Positions 27,439 to 37,180 are shown, numbered from the stretch's first letter. The stretch: DNA of 64,000 bases from Candidatus Tayloriibacteriota bacterium (GCA_037129895.1 JBAXUB010000001.1:18947-82946); one strand, 5' to 3'. Notes: generated by a model not told the origin, from the sequence alone. Numbers and translations are program-made.

Positions 27439-28048
27439 ATGAATATGACTCAGAATTAACTTCTTTACCATTGATAAAGAACGTAGGAGTATGATCAATA
27501 CCGATCTTCACACTCTCTTGTTGTTGCGCTGTAACCTTGGCCAATGTAGAACTACTAACTCGGTCAGATTTGAACATGGCAAGATCCATTCCTAGAGAAC
27601 CAGCATAGCCATCAAAGATCGCTTCGGCCTCGGAGTTCGACTTCTCAGCCCAATCACTCTGATTGGCGTATATGAGACTATACATCTGCCAGAATTTGCC
27701 CTGATTGGTAGCTGCTTCAGCTGCAGTAGCCGCAGGAATAGCATTTGGATGTTGTAAGAGTGGAAAATGACGGAAAACCATACGTAGAGTAGTCGATGAC
27801 TCATTGAATACTTTCTCAATGACTGGGAAATACACGGCACAGGCTGGACATTGGAAATCCTCATATTCGATAAGTGTTACGGGAGCATCTATATTTCCAC
27901 GAATGTGATCTAGAGAAGTAACCTCTGCTGGAACGAGTGACTTCGTCAACCTATTCGGATCTTTATTCATAGCGACGATGAGACCCCAGACAATGAGGCC
28001 GAGCACGATGATAAAACTCACCCAAAAAATGATTCTTTTTGTATTCAT
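27386..28048 (-). CDS. DsbA-family thiol:disulfide oxidoreductase (thioredoxin fold)
   Basis: Signal anchor plus CPAC active site (YEDFQCPACAVYFP). Confidence 0.8.
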   Translation of the reverse strand: MNTKRIIFWVSFIIVLGLIVWGLIVAMNKDPNRLTKSLVPAEVTSLDHIRGNIDAPVTLIEYEDFQCPACAVYFPVIEKVFNESSTTLRMVFRHFPLLQHPNAIPAATAAEAATNQGKFWQMYSLIYANQSDWAEKSNSEAEAIFDGYAGSLGMDLAMFKSDRVSSSTLAKVTAQQQESVKIGIDHTPTFFINGKEVNSESYSYEEIKKLVDEAASSTIQ

Positions 28049-28067
28049 AGGAATTCAGTATATATGT

Positions 28068-28850
28068 CTATAAACCCTGAGTCAACGATACGATCTTGTA
28101 GCCTTTGTTTTCAATATCAGTAAATACTTTGTCCAATACATTACCTGTTATATCATCACCGATATGCATCAGATATATATTACCTGATGCTAGATTGGAC
28201 ATGATACGATCGATGACCTCTTGCTCCGTTACACCGATCGACTGTTCCCAATCGTGCGCGTCAACAGTCCACATTACAGATTGATACCCTGCCCTGGCCG
28301 CCACTCCCCTCACACGTTGGTCGCCATCACCATAAGGCAATCGAAAGAACGGCTTCGATGATGTTCCTAATGTAGCTTTTAGTAGCATGTCCATTCTATT
28401 CAACTCCTTGATAATTTCCTCACCTTTCATGACTGGCAAGTGCTGGTGATCATAAGTATGATTGAATATTTCATGACCTCCGGCGTTTATCTCTTTTACA
28501 AGTGCTTGATTTTCTCGAATGAACTTACCTGTGATGAAAAAAGTTCCCTTCACATGATGTTTGGCTAGTATTTGCAATATTTTCTCGCCGGATTGTGCTG
28601 TTGATCCTCCGTCAAATGTGAATACGACCTGCTTTTTACTCTGATCTCCATGAGTAATCTCTCTCGATGAGACTCCTAATCCAACATCGACCGGTATAAT
28701 ATCTTTTTTCCCATTATCGAGAATACTACCGATCACTACCAATACACATATGAGCAATATCACGACACCGATCCCCTTCACTATCGGAAACCGCTCTAGT
28801 GTGAAGCCTCTACCTGGAATCATGTTGCTGAGAAATTTATTTATTTTCAC
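28068..28850 (-). CDS. Polysaccharide deacetylase (NodB homology domain)
   Basis: VVFTFDGG...GTFF...H..DH. motifs. Confidence 0.8.
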   Translation of the reverse strand: MKINKFLSNMIPGRGFTLERFPIVKGIGVVILLICVLVVIGSILDNGKKDIIPVDVGLGVSSREITHGDQSKKQVVFTFDGGSTAQSGEKILQILAKHHVKGTFFITGKFIRENQALVKEINAGGHEIFNHTYDHQHLPVMKGEEIIKELNRMDMLLKATLGTSSKPFFRLPYGDGDQRVRGVAARAGYQSVMWTVDAHDWEQSIGVTEQEVIDRIMSNLASGNIYLMHIGDDITGNVLDKVFTDIENKGYKIVSLTQGL

Positions 28851-28974
28851 CGCATTATTATATCACGTTGATAGATGACATTTGTACCGAGATATATACG
28901 CAAGTAATAAAAAAGTGACCACCCCCCGAAGGAAGTGGTCACATTGAATTTTTACCAGACTGGGCGACTGGCGG

Positions 28975-29271
28975 CTACCGGCGATGGTAGCGCCAGGCAC
29001 GACCATCGTGCCACCGTACCACTCCCGGCGAGTGGTAGTAGAATACCACGCCTGGTGGCGGCGCCTGGTATATCATGGGCGGGCCGTAATTTGCAAATGG
29101 CAACGGTGGCCCTGGCGGCGGACCTTCCACGTAAACGGGCTCCACATAGACGGGCGACGGAGATGACATAAAAGTCATTTTCGTCTTTCCGACTTGGAAA
29201 GCACAACCCGAGAACAGGCCGACCACCAGTAGCGCCACCGACACCAACACCGACATATTTTTCGTTTTCAT
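28975..29271 (-). CDS. Small proline-rich lipoprotein in a GC-rich patch (lipobox LFSGC)
   Basis: MKTKNMSVLVSVALLVVGLFSGC signal. The mature part is P/G/Y-rich. Local GC is about 60%. Confidence 0.5.
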   Translation of the reverse strand: MKTKNMSVLVSVALLVVGLFSGCAFQVGKTKMTFMSSPSPVYVEPVYVEGPPPGPPLPFANYGPPMIYQAPPPGVVFYYHSPGVVRWHDGRAWRYHRR

Positions 29272-29390
29272 AATTCTGGCTCCAAATTTATGAGGAAACA
29301 TATCCCCATATCTACCCTGTATTATACTACAAATCACCCATAAGTCAATACCTATGGAAATGGCCGGGTTACGGCGTATTATGACTTCTA

Positions 29391-29606
29391 TTACAATCCG
29401 AGAGTAGTACTATTCAATAATCCTGAGTAAGTACTCATGAATGACGGTATGACGAAGGCCAGAGCGATGAGTGGTAGAACGAAGACGATGACAGTCCCCC
29501 ACATCGTCCATAGATAATACTTTCTAGTCTTTTCAACAGAAACGAATATCTGATCTATGATCTCTCTTTGCTCACGAATTTCTTTTTCTATAGCTTGAAG
29601 GTCCAT
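29391..29606 (-). CDS. Small hypothetical membrane protein
   Basis: 71 aa with one or two TM segments. Confidence 0.35.
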   Translation of the reverse strand: MDLQAIEKEIREQREIIDQIFVSVEKTRKYYLWTMWGTVIVFVLPLIALAFVIPSFMSTYSGLLNSTTLGL

Positions 29607-29632
29607 GGATGAATTATATCATTATAAGATAA

Positions 29633-30490
29633 TTAACGCGCTACCCAGAAATATATGAGGATCAATACGCCGAGAACTATTCTATAATAACCAAACAGTT
29701 TGAAATCGTGACTCTGTATGAACTTCATTATAAACTTGATAACGACTAGTGCTACGAGAAATGCTGTGACGAACCCGACCACCAGCAATACTATTTCCGA
29801 TCCACTGATCGACGCACCATGTTTCAATAAACTATAACCGGAAGCGGCGATCATCGTCGGTATAGCCAGGAAAAATGAGAACTCTACAGCCACTGACCTC
29901 GAGGCACCAAGCATCATAGCCCCTATGATGGTAGCGGCAGCTCTAGATGTCCCCGGAACCATCGATAGACATTGGATGAGCCCGATATAGAATGCCGTCA
30001 TATATGAAATATCTGCAACTGATCGGATCCTAGATTCTATCTGCTTTCTCTCTATGTATATGAGAATGATACCGCCAACGATGAGTGCTCCAGCAACCAC
30101 CCATGGACTGAATAACTTATTTTCAATGAAACTACCGAGTAGGCCCCCGATCAGTATTGCTGGGATGACACCGACGATAGTTTTCTTCCAAGTATTGAAT
30201 ACTTCGGATCTAGTCGTAGTTTGCACTCCAGTCGAAAGATCTGTCTTACCGAATGGCCAAAGCTTCGCCCAAAAAAATATGATAACTGCCAAAATCGCAC
30301 CGAGCTGGATCACCACATCGAACATCTTTGTAAACGACTCGCCAAAATTGACCCATTGATTGATGAGGATGAGGTGCCCTGTCGAAGAGATCGGCAAGAA
30401 TTCTGTGATTCCCTCCACAACACCGAGTATTAATGCTTTTATTATTGGTATGAACATGGCGGTTATTTTTTTATAATAGTCATAATACAA
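29633..30490 (-). CDS. uppP: Undecaprenyl-diphosphatase
   Basis: VEGITEFLPISSTGHLIL signature. Confidence 0.9.
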   Translation of the reverse strand: MYYDYYKKITAMFIPIIKALILGVVEGITEFLPISSTGHLILINQWVNFGESFTKMFDVVIQLGAILAVIIFFWAKLWPFGKTDLSTGVQTTTRSEVFNTWKKTIVGVIPAILIGGLLGSFIENKLFSPWVVAGALIVGGIILIYIERKQIESRIRSVADISYMTAFYIGLIQCLSMVPGTSRAAATIIGAMMLGASRSVAVEFSFFLAIPTMIAASGYSLLKHGASISGSEIVLLVVGFVTAFLVALVVIKFIMKFIQSHDFKLFGYYRIVLGVLILIYFWVAR

Positions 30491-31098
30491 TCAGGATCTG
30501 CACCATTACCCATCGGACGATCACGCATTTCGACTCTATGACCATCCTGCTTGAGCGTCTCTAAATAATCCATGAATCCTTTCACCCCATCTTCTTTCTT
30601 TTGGAATTTCTCGAAGCCCTTGGGATCAATGTCTTTCATCCCCTGTTCAATATTTGCTTTATTGAAAGCTGTATAAATTTCTGGAGTAAAAATGTCTGCC
30701 ATAAACTTTCCGCCAGTCTTCAAGACTCTCAACATTTCATCTAACATTTTCTTACTATGATCAATGTCTTGAACATCCATAGGTAATACATGCTTGGCTG
30801 TTATAATGTCGAATGTTTCATCATCGAAATGTAGATCGTCTGCATTTTCATTGAACAACCCGTCTCGTTCTACCGTAAAGAACTTCTCACTTCTTTCTAC
30901 ACCAAAGGCGTTCTTGTTACCTCTAGCTTGTCTCAAATACAAGATGAAATCCCCCCTAGCAGTCCCAACATCCAATATCGACTTCTGTAAATCCTCTGGC
31001 GTCAATCCGAAATATTTGACATATTTATTAAATTTCTCCTCGTATTGCTGTACATTCTCTGTTTGTGTATCTATGATATTTTCTGGTGAATTACTCAT
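30463..31098 (-). CDS. Class I SAM-dependent methyltransferase
   Basis: Motif I ILDVGTARGDF. Confidence 0.7.
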   Translation of the reverse strand: MSNSPENIIDTQTENVQQYEEKFNKYVKYFGLTPEDLQKSILDVGTARGDFILYLRQARGNKNAFGVERSEKFFTVERDGLFNENADDLHFDDETFDIITAKHVLPMDVQDIDHSKKMLDEMLRVLKTGGKFMADIFTPEIYTAFNKANIEQGMKDIDPKGFEKFQKKEDGVKGFMDYLETLKQDGHRVEMRDRPMGNGADPDCIMTIIKK

Positions 31099-31149
31099 GT
31101 TTGTATTTTAATAATAGGATTATAGCAGAAATTTCCTTGACCATATTTA

Positions 31150-31917
31150 TCAACTTATGAGAGTTACCACCGCCGCCTTGTATATATCCATTTTCACTGA
31201 CTCTCTTTCAGTTTTCTGACTAATATGACTCTCATCACCCACAGTCTGACCATTGATAAGATTGTCACTAACATATAACAGTGCAGCACTTGGCACATTC
31301 TGTTGCTTAGAAACGGAAAATAAAGTCGCTGTCTCCATCTCTACACCAAAATATCCATCTTTTGACCATGACTCAATATGATCCCACGTCTCCCCCATCA
31401 TAGCCTGATTGCTAATAATCGGACCAGCCCAGACTTTGTTTTTCCCAGAATAATTACTTACCAACTGTTTACGTAAAGTATCATTAGAATAATGTCTATA
31501 ATCTTTTGCATTTGGTTCATACGTTCTCGTTGTACTTTCATTACCATAACTCCAAGATGGCGAAATTAACTCCATATCTCTAATATTAGGATTGAGTCCT
31601 CCACAGCTGCCAATATGAATATTCTTTTTTGATCCAAATAGGCTTGCCAGGTGTATCATCTCCGAAAGAAGTGCTCCACCATACATTACGACAAACCAAT
31701 ACTTTTTACTCTTAATATCTAATTCAAGTACATATGATAGAAAACCCTGACGTTTTATGATGGAATATTCAATTCCCAAATCCTTCAATGTTTTCTGGAT
31801 ATTCGAATCATGCTTTGCCCTATCCCAGGCACCATAGGATAAGAAGGCCTCCACGACATAATCATCCGGTAGATCAAACATATTAATAAAATCTTTGCGG
31901 GTAAAAGCTTTGTACAT
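31150..31917 (-). CDS. Nucleoside phosphorylase family protein (PNP/UDP/MTAP fold)
   Basis: GVEMETATLFSVS, like the GxEMEsaAL motif of phosphorylase family 1. Confidence 0.6.
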   Translation of the reverse strand: MYKAFTRKDFINMFDLPDDYVVEAFLSYGAWDRAKHDSNIQKTLKDLGIEYSIIKRQGFLSYVLELDIKSKKYWFVVMYGGALLSEMIHLASLFGSKKNIHIGSCGGLNPNIRDMELISPSWSYGNESTTRTYEPNAKDYRHYSNDTLRKQLVSNYSGKNKVWAGPIISNQAMMGETWDHIESWSKDGYFGVEMETATLFSVSKQQNVPSAALLYVSDNLINGQTVGDESHISQKTERESVKMDIYKAAVVTLIS

Positions 31918-32005
31918 ACCAAAAGTCTATCAGGATAAGACATAAATGTCATCGCACACAACATAACCCTACCCCACCACACCACTTTGTGATAACATTC
32001 AAATC

Positions 32006-32365
32006 ATGGAAGGACCAAATGTAGAAAAATACGAAGCCGAAAACCTTATAAAGAAGACAGAACATGAAGATAAGATTGACGTTTCTAGCATAAAGATCGG
32101 CGATGAGATATTAATAGAAACTGGTGGATCAAAATACACTCTCGAACATAGAGAAGATGGCTTCTATATTTCTGGAAACCCCAAATACTGTCCAACACCA
32201 ACTAAAGTGATCATCCAAGGCTGCACTTGGGGTGGCTCAATGCTCATGAAAGACGTGATATCCGAAGGAATGCGTCTCGAATTCTCGATTATTGACACAA
32301 ACAAAACAGTAACAACCTCAGCGATCAAAAAGATTACAAACGGCTCACAGTCCATAGCCGAATGA
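32006..32365 (+). CDS. Hypothetical protein
   Basis: 119-aa ORF, no motif recognised. Confidence 0.35.
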   Translation: MEGPNVEKYEAENLIKKTEHEDKIDVSSIKIGDEILIETGGSKYTLEHREDGFYISGNPKYCPTPTKVIIQGCTWGGSMLMKDVISEGMRLEFSIIDTNKTVTTSAIKKITNGSQSIAE

Positions 32366-32405
32366 TGAATAGTCGATCCTACGATACATCCAAGCCCAAT
32401 TAGAT

Positions 32406-33965
32406 CTAATTACGCAAGAGTGGCAAACTCACCACGAACGAAGTACCCCTACCCTCACCGCCAGACTCAACTCGGATTTTGCCGCCATGTTTTCCTACGA
32501 TCTTCTTTGACAGGAACAAACCGATTCCCATACCCTCCGTATCGGACTTCATTGCTTTTTCTGTTCTATAAAACTTCGTGAATATATATCCTAGATCTTC
32601 CTTGCTTATACCGATACCCGTATCAGAAACTCTGATCGTCACGAATCTATTGTCATCGATCGTCTCAATGGAGATCCTGCCACCACTCGGTGTATATGTG
32701 ACTGCATTATCGATAAGTGTTTGAAAGACAAACTGTATTTTGTTCGTATCAACAGAGACCAACCCTTTCGACTGGAGCATCGTCTCGAAGTGGATATTCT
32801 TTGCCTTGGCCCTACTATTACAATTCTCACAGACAATTTTGATCAATTTGTTAACCTCAGTTGGTGCTAGCCTATACTCATAACTCTTGTCACTGGGATC
32901 AGCTAGGTTGACTAGGAGATTTGTGAGGTCGATCAATCTCTCATTGGCTCTCTGTATATGTTCGACATCAGGTTTGAGATTGGCTGGAACACCTTTCGCT
33001 AGATTATCCACGGACCATTTGACCCAGGTGAGAGGCGTACGGAATTTGTGTGTAATTACACTGATGAACTCATACTTCAAGACATCGGTTTCCCTGATCC
33101 TTCTCCAGACAATGAGAACAGCGACAGCTCCGATCATAGCCAACACGAGAGATGTCAGCCAATTCGGGAACAATGGAGAACTCTGAATGATCAGACTGTT
33201 GATATAGTTCAAGAATATGAGCGCTATACCGATCACACCCGATACTATTGCGTAAATAAACGCCCTCTTCGCCACAATGTTGATATTCATCAATTCAAAA
33301 TTTAGAGCGGCGTATGTAAACGGAATACAATAGAAAGGCACGAACAGGAATCCCCATACTGGATCGATAGGAATATTGTATATCAAAAGAAAATCGATCG
33401 ACCCAATCGTATACCCAAGGATCAAAGCAATAAAGAAATATTTCATTCTATTTTTCTCAATTATACTTGCTGCCAGATAAAGTTTTCGCATCTGGTAGAA
33501 CATGTACAAGACAACCCCAAAGAAGAACAGGAGCATCACCCAATAATATGGCCCAGGCTCATAATAATTCGGGAAGTACAATTTTGGAACAGATTCAACT
33601 AGGAAAAGCCTCGGATTAATGATGAAAAATGCGAGAAGACCGACACCAATAACGTACAACAGGGTTATTGTTTTCCTATATTCAATATGTTTACCGAGTA
33701 AAGCTAAAATACAATGGATCCCAAAGACTGGCAAAAATATATCCACCAAGTTGAACATCAGTATACGTCGTGACAATTCACTATCTTCAACACTGACACC
33801 GATAGCGTGTGATGTGATGAATATGGTAACGCCAGCATACAGCAAGAGTAATATGACCTTAGCAATATTATTCTTGGCCTTGACCAAAGCGAACAATGAA
33901 AAAAAGATCATGAGCAAAATGTCGATAGAATATACAATGTCATGAATTAGTAGATGAATATTCAT
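32406..33965 (-). CDS. Sensor histidine kinase (polytopic N-terminal membrane domain + HisKA + HATPase_c). No cognate response regulator is adjacent.
   Basis: H-box ITHKFRTPLT; G-boxes DTGIGI and GMGIGL. Confidence 0.85.
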   Translation of the reverse strand: MNIHLLIHDIVYSIDILLMIFFSLFALVKAKNNIAKVILLLLYAGVTIFITSHAIGVSVEDSELSRRILMFNLVDIFLPVFGIHCILALLGKHIEYRKTITLLYVIGVGLLAFFIINPRLFLVESVPKLYFPNYYEPGPYYWVMLLFFFGVVLYMFYQMRKLYLAASIIEKNRMKYFFIALILGYTIGSIDFLLIYNIPIDPVWGFLFVPFYCIPFTYAALNFELMNINIVAKRAFIYAIVSGVIGIALIFLNYINSLIIQSSPLFPNWLTSLVLAMIGAVAVLIVWRRIRETDVLKYEFISVITHKFRTPLTWVKWSVDNLAKGVPANLKPDVEHIQRANERLIDLTNLLVNLADPSDKSYEYRLAPTEVNKLIKIVCENCNSRAKAKNIHFETMLQSKGLVSVDTNKIQFVFQTLIDNAVTYTPSGGRISIETIDDNRFVTIRVSDTGIGISKEDLGYIFTKFYRTEKAMKSDTEGMGIGLFLSKKIVGKHGGKIRVESGGEGRGTSFVVSLPLLRN

Positions 33966-34077
33966 TGGTAGAACAACTTAAATCTTGTATCAATTATACC
34001 AGAGATATATGTTTTAGAATATTGTATAAGTAAAAGAAAGTCCTGACCGTAGCCAGAACTCTCTTGTTCCGCCACGA

Positions 34078-34512
34078 TCAGGACTGTTTGAAGTTGTCCT
34101 CGACTATCACAAAGAGTGTTTGCCTATCGAACAACCCGTGTGATGGTAAATGGAAGCCGCACGTCCTCAACATATTGAAGTCAACCGATAATATCGACTC
34201 CAAGCTGGTAACCAGGTCATCGATGGTGCTTTCGACGAATGCCAATGAAGAGGAAACGATCATACGGTACCCAAATCGTCCTTCCCCATCTACGTCGACA
34301 TAGACGTCGACAATCTCGGCCCCCTGCGGACCAGCGTCTGGCATAGATATCTTCATCCCTTTGGGTGGAAGAGCTGGAAGTGATATGTTGCCCTCGAAGA
34401 TATATGCAGGCAGTTCTGCCCACCGAGTCTCTCCTGGTAAAGATTCCTTTTGGAGACCTATTTTCACCCCATAATTCCACTGAACAGACATTTTCATAAC
34501 TTCTTCCTTCAT
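34078..34512 (-). CDS. Hypothetical protein (GC-rich island)
   Basis: ORF of about 140 aa in a region of about 49% GC. Confidence 0.45.
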   Translation of the reverse strand: MKEEVMKMSVQWNYGVKIGLQKESLPGETRWAELPAYIFEGNISLPALPPKGMKISMPDAGPQGAEIVDVYVDVDGEGRFGYRMIVSSSLAFVESTIDDLVTSLESILSVDFNMLRTCGFHLPSHGLFDRQTLFVIVEDNFKQS

Positions 34513-34647
34513 CGATTTACTATCCGAGACAATCTATGTCTCCTAGGTGCTTGTGTCGACAAGCATTTATCACCTAGCTCGAAATGAGAAAGTTCAATCT
34601 TCTGAGATTCGAACATATATTTCTGTATTTTGCAAGGTGGATTCACT

Positions 34648-34674
34648 GGGTCCACTATTGGATAGATTTAGAAC
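34648..34674. repeat. Conserved 27-mer gggtccactattggatagatttagaac (copy 1), preceded on the minus strand by a terminator hairpin
   Basis: Near-identical to 35105..35131. Confidence 0.7.
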
Positions 34675-34680
34675 TTGTTT

Positions 34681-34719
34681 GGGATAAAAGAATAACCACC
34701 TAGTCTCTACTCAGGTGGT
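34681..34719 (-). terminator. Intrinsic terminator of the 34719..35063 gene
   Basis: ACCACCT-loop-AGGTGGT followed by TATTCTTTTAT on the minus strand. Confidence 0.6.
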
Positions 34720-35063
34720 TACTGTGTTCCAAACCTATTCTTCTGTTCCGCTGGCCAAAGCGGACAATGCGCGACAAATGTCGCTATCATCCCATTGGTT
34801 ATGTGGTACCAAAACAGCTCTCCGCAACCCGGACACTTCGCTACCACTGCCAGATTAGCTCCGGTCGCGTCTGAGCTGGTGGCATGCTTGGTAAAACCAA
34901 CAACCATGCGCGCCATCCGGCGGATGTTGCCAGATGGATAGATGCGTGTGTCTTTACAGTCTTCCGTACACATATAAACACACATACGGTCTTGAGCTTT
35001 GTCAGCATCAGTCCACTTAAGTCCCCAATCGGAAACAGCTTCTCCTGTTTCGTATTCGTTCAT
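34719..35063 (-). CDS. Hypothetical Cys-rich protein (CPGC, CxxxC) in the GC-rich island
   Basis: 114-aa ORF. A TGcTATAAT extended -10 lies just upstream. Confidence 0.45.
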   Translation of the reverse strand: MNEYETGEAVSDWGLKWTDADKAQDRMCVYMCTEDCKDTRIYPSGNIRRMARMVVGFTKHATSSDATGANLAVVAKCPGCGELFWYHITNGMIATFVAHCPLWPAEQKNRFGTQ

Positions 35064-35104
35064 AAATAAAAAGGGCTTCGCACTAATTATAGCACAAATA
35101 ACAT

Positions 35105-35131
35105 GGGTCCCCTATTGGATAGATTTAGAAC
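35105..35131. repeat. Conserved 27-mer (copy 2) gggtcccctattggatagatttagaac
   Basis: Near-identical to 34648..34674. Confidence 0.7.
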
Positions 35132-35196
35132 CTGCTACGGGTAAGAAAAGAGCCCACAAGGTGAGATGTAAACTCCTTCCTCGTGAGCCTTTGAAA

Positions 35197-35772
35197 CTAA
35201 TCAGTCTTCCGCACCTGAATCGGGTATTTCGAAGCCCAATACTTCGTGAGCTCCACCCACTTATCGCCTGACAGGACAAATGTGGTCTTGTGAACAGTCA
35301 TTGCCTCGGCGAGCCATCCCCCCTTACTTGCTCCCAGTGCGATAGCGAGTGACGACACAAGCCTGATGATCGTTTCGCAGAATCCGACCTTTCCAATTGG
35401 TCTGACCAGAACCCAAATATTTCCATACTTGAGTTCTTCTTCCGTCTTAGGTCCGCTGACAATAACGTCAATGTTTCCATTCAACCACTCATTTACGACC
35501 GGCACTATTTCTTTCAGGTCATCTTCTTCGGGAGCGCGGAGGCGGATATCTTCCACTCTGCAAGAGAGCACCCCTTCTTTTCCGTTCTCCGAATGGGCCT
35601 CGACACGCCACAAGAAGAATGGACTAGCTAGCGTGCCACTATTAAGGGCCTTCGTGTGCGCAGTGAACCGTGTCCTGCAGAGGGCTATTGAACGACCCTC
35701 ACTATTTGTTTTACGCCACCATACGAATGTATCCTGCCTGGTGGGAGGCAGTCTTTTTCGTCCTCTTTTCAA
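35197..35772 (-). CDS. Hypothetical protein (GC-rich island)
   Basis: 191-aa ORF, no family recognised. Confidence 0.45.
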   Translation of the reverse strand: MKRGRKRLPPTRQDTFVWWRKTNSEGRSIALCRTRFTAHTKALNSGTLASPFFLWRVEAHSENGKEGVLSCRVEDIRLRAPEEDDLKEIVPVVNEWLNGNIDVIVSGPKTEEELKYGNIWVLVRPIGKVGFCETIIRLVSSLAIALGASKGGWLAEAMTVHKTTFVLSGDKWVELTKYWASKYPIQVRKTD

Positions 35773-36044
35773 TTTTCCTTTCCCTGTCTACTATCCTTGC
35801 CACGTTATGCGACAAGCGGCCAATAATCAATCAGCACGTTATAAGACAGTTCTAAAATTAGCCTACAATCATTAAGTTGTTTTGTCAAGCTGGGTGCCGT
35901 CGTAGAGGTTATTAGAACTATTTTTGAGAGGAGGAATGATGTGACGATTTATATTCCTGCATTCTGCCCCTCGCTTGAGTTCACTATATAAAAGGCAAAC
36001 CGCAGAGATTGCTCCCTGCGGCTGTTTGAAATTGACTCAAGGAC

Positions 36045-36383
36045 TTACTTTTGCTTTAACTCGTTCGTCTGCGAGTCCCACTCGAATTGGTGCAAACATT
36101 CCTTGACACACGTGACGCTGAAGATGATATTGGCCTTACCCCCGTAGGTGCCGTCTGGAGCTGGAGACAGGATGACAGTACCGTACACATCAAATTCACC
36201 TTGACTACCAGTTTGAAACGCCATCTTTCCGTCGAAGTTTATCGTCTTCTCATCAGCTTCGTTTGCGCTCTTGAGGTTGACTTCGTGTTCACCGAAACGA
36301 ACCTTACGATTTACTACGAGTTCCACAGCTTCGACTAACAGAGAAGTGGCCAGAGCGGTTGAGGCGAATATTTTGATTTTCAT
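36045..36383 (-). CDS. Hypothetical secreted protein (signal peptide)
   Basis: MKIKIFASTALATSLLVEA signal. Confidence 0.5.
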   Translation of the reverse strand: MKIKIFASTALATSLLVEAVELVVNRKVRFGEHEVNLKSANEADEKTINFDGKMAFQTGSQGEFDVYGTVILSPAPDGTYGGKANIIFSVTCVKECLHQFEWDSQTNELKQK

Positions 36384-36523
36384 ATGTACTCCTTTGAGCT
36401 ACTCTAGGCGCATCCTAGAAAGACTCTAAACTGGGCATTTGCCCGCTGGTTCGAGCTGAAGTGCCAAACCTAGCAGTTTTGAATCTTTATGTATTATACA
36501 CCTCTTATAGTGTATTGTCAAGC

Positions 36524-36598
36524 TGGGTGACTAATGGGATTCGAACCCATACTGCGGCTTTCACAGAGCCGAGTGCTAACCATTACACCATAGCCACC
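36524..36598 (-). tRNA. tRNA-His (GTG) with the extra 5' G
   Basis: GGTGGCTATGGTGTAATGGTTAGCAC-TCGGCTCTGTGAAAGCCG-...TGGGTTCGAATCCCA; anticodon loop CTGTGAA. Confidence 0.9.
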
Positions 36599-36627
36599 AT
36601 ATACCCCAAACCTTTACCTACACCAAA

Positions 36628-37179
36628 CTACTCATAAGTCGGGGACTCCTCATTTATACCAGATTTATGGTTAGTAAGTCGAGCCATGGCATAGAACAAC
36701 GAAGAAAGCCTGTTCATGAACGCCAGTGTCTCCTTACCAACTTTTATCTCCCCCTTCTCCTCTCCCGCCACTATTCTACGCTCTGCCTTGCGTGCCATCG
36801 TACGTGAAATATCTAACATTGCAGCCATCTCTGTGCCACCAGAAACAAAAAACGTTTTTATTGGTGGCATCGCTTTCTCCATAGCATCAATCCATGTTTC
36901 CATCTTTTTGACCTTATTTCCATCGATCGTTTTCTCGGCACCAGCTACTTCTGCTTGGACGATGAATAGGCCATTCTGAGCCCAATCGATCATTTGCTCA
37001 ATTTTCATTCCATCCACTTTCCATCTGAACGATTTTGACCTGACCTTGACCATACCTAGAAAAGAATTGACCTCGTCCAAAGTTCCCAAAGCTTCGGCTG
37101 TCATAGAATTCTTGGACATTCTCTGATCACAACCAAATTTCTTTGTTTTTCCATCATCGCCTTTTCTCGTGTATAACAT
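36628..37179 (-). CDS. ATP:cob(I)alamin adenosyltransferase, PduO type
   Basis: MLYTRKGDDGKT... N-terminus typical of PduO/MMAB. Confidence 0.7.
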   Translation of the reverse strand: MLYTRKGDDGKTKKFGCDQRMSKNSMTAEALGTLDEVNSFLGMVKVRSKSFRWKVDGMKIEQMIDWAQNGLFIVQAEVAGAEKTIDGNKVKKMETWIDAMEKAMPPIKTFFVSGGTEMAAMLDISRTMARKAERRIVAGEEKGEIKVGKETLAFMNRLSSLFYAMARLTNHKSGINEESPTYE

Positions 37180-37180
37180 G

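Noticed and set aside
28935-29206. Three overlapping ORFs (two plus, one minus) in the GC-rich patch
   Set aside because: High GC suppresses stop codons in all frames. Only the minus-strand frame, with its lipoprotein signal peptide, has a credible start.
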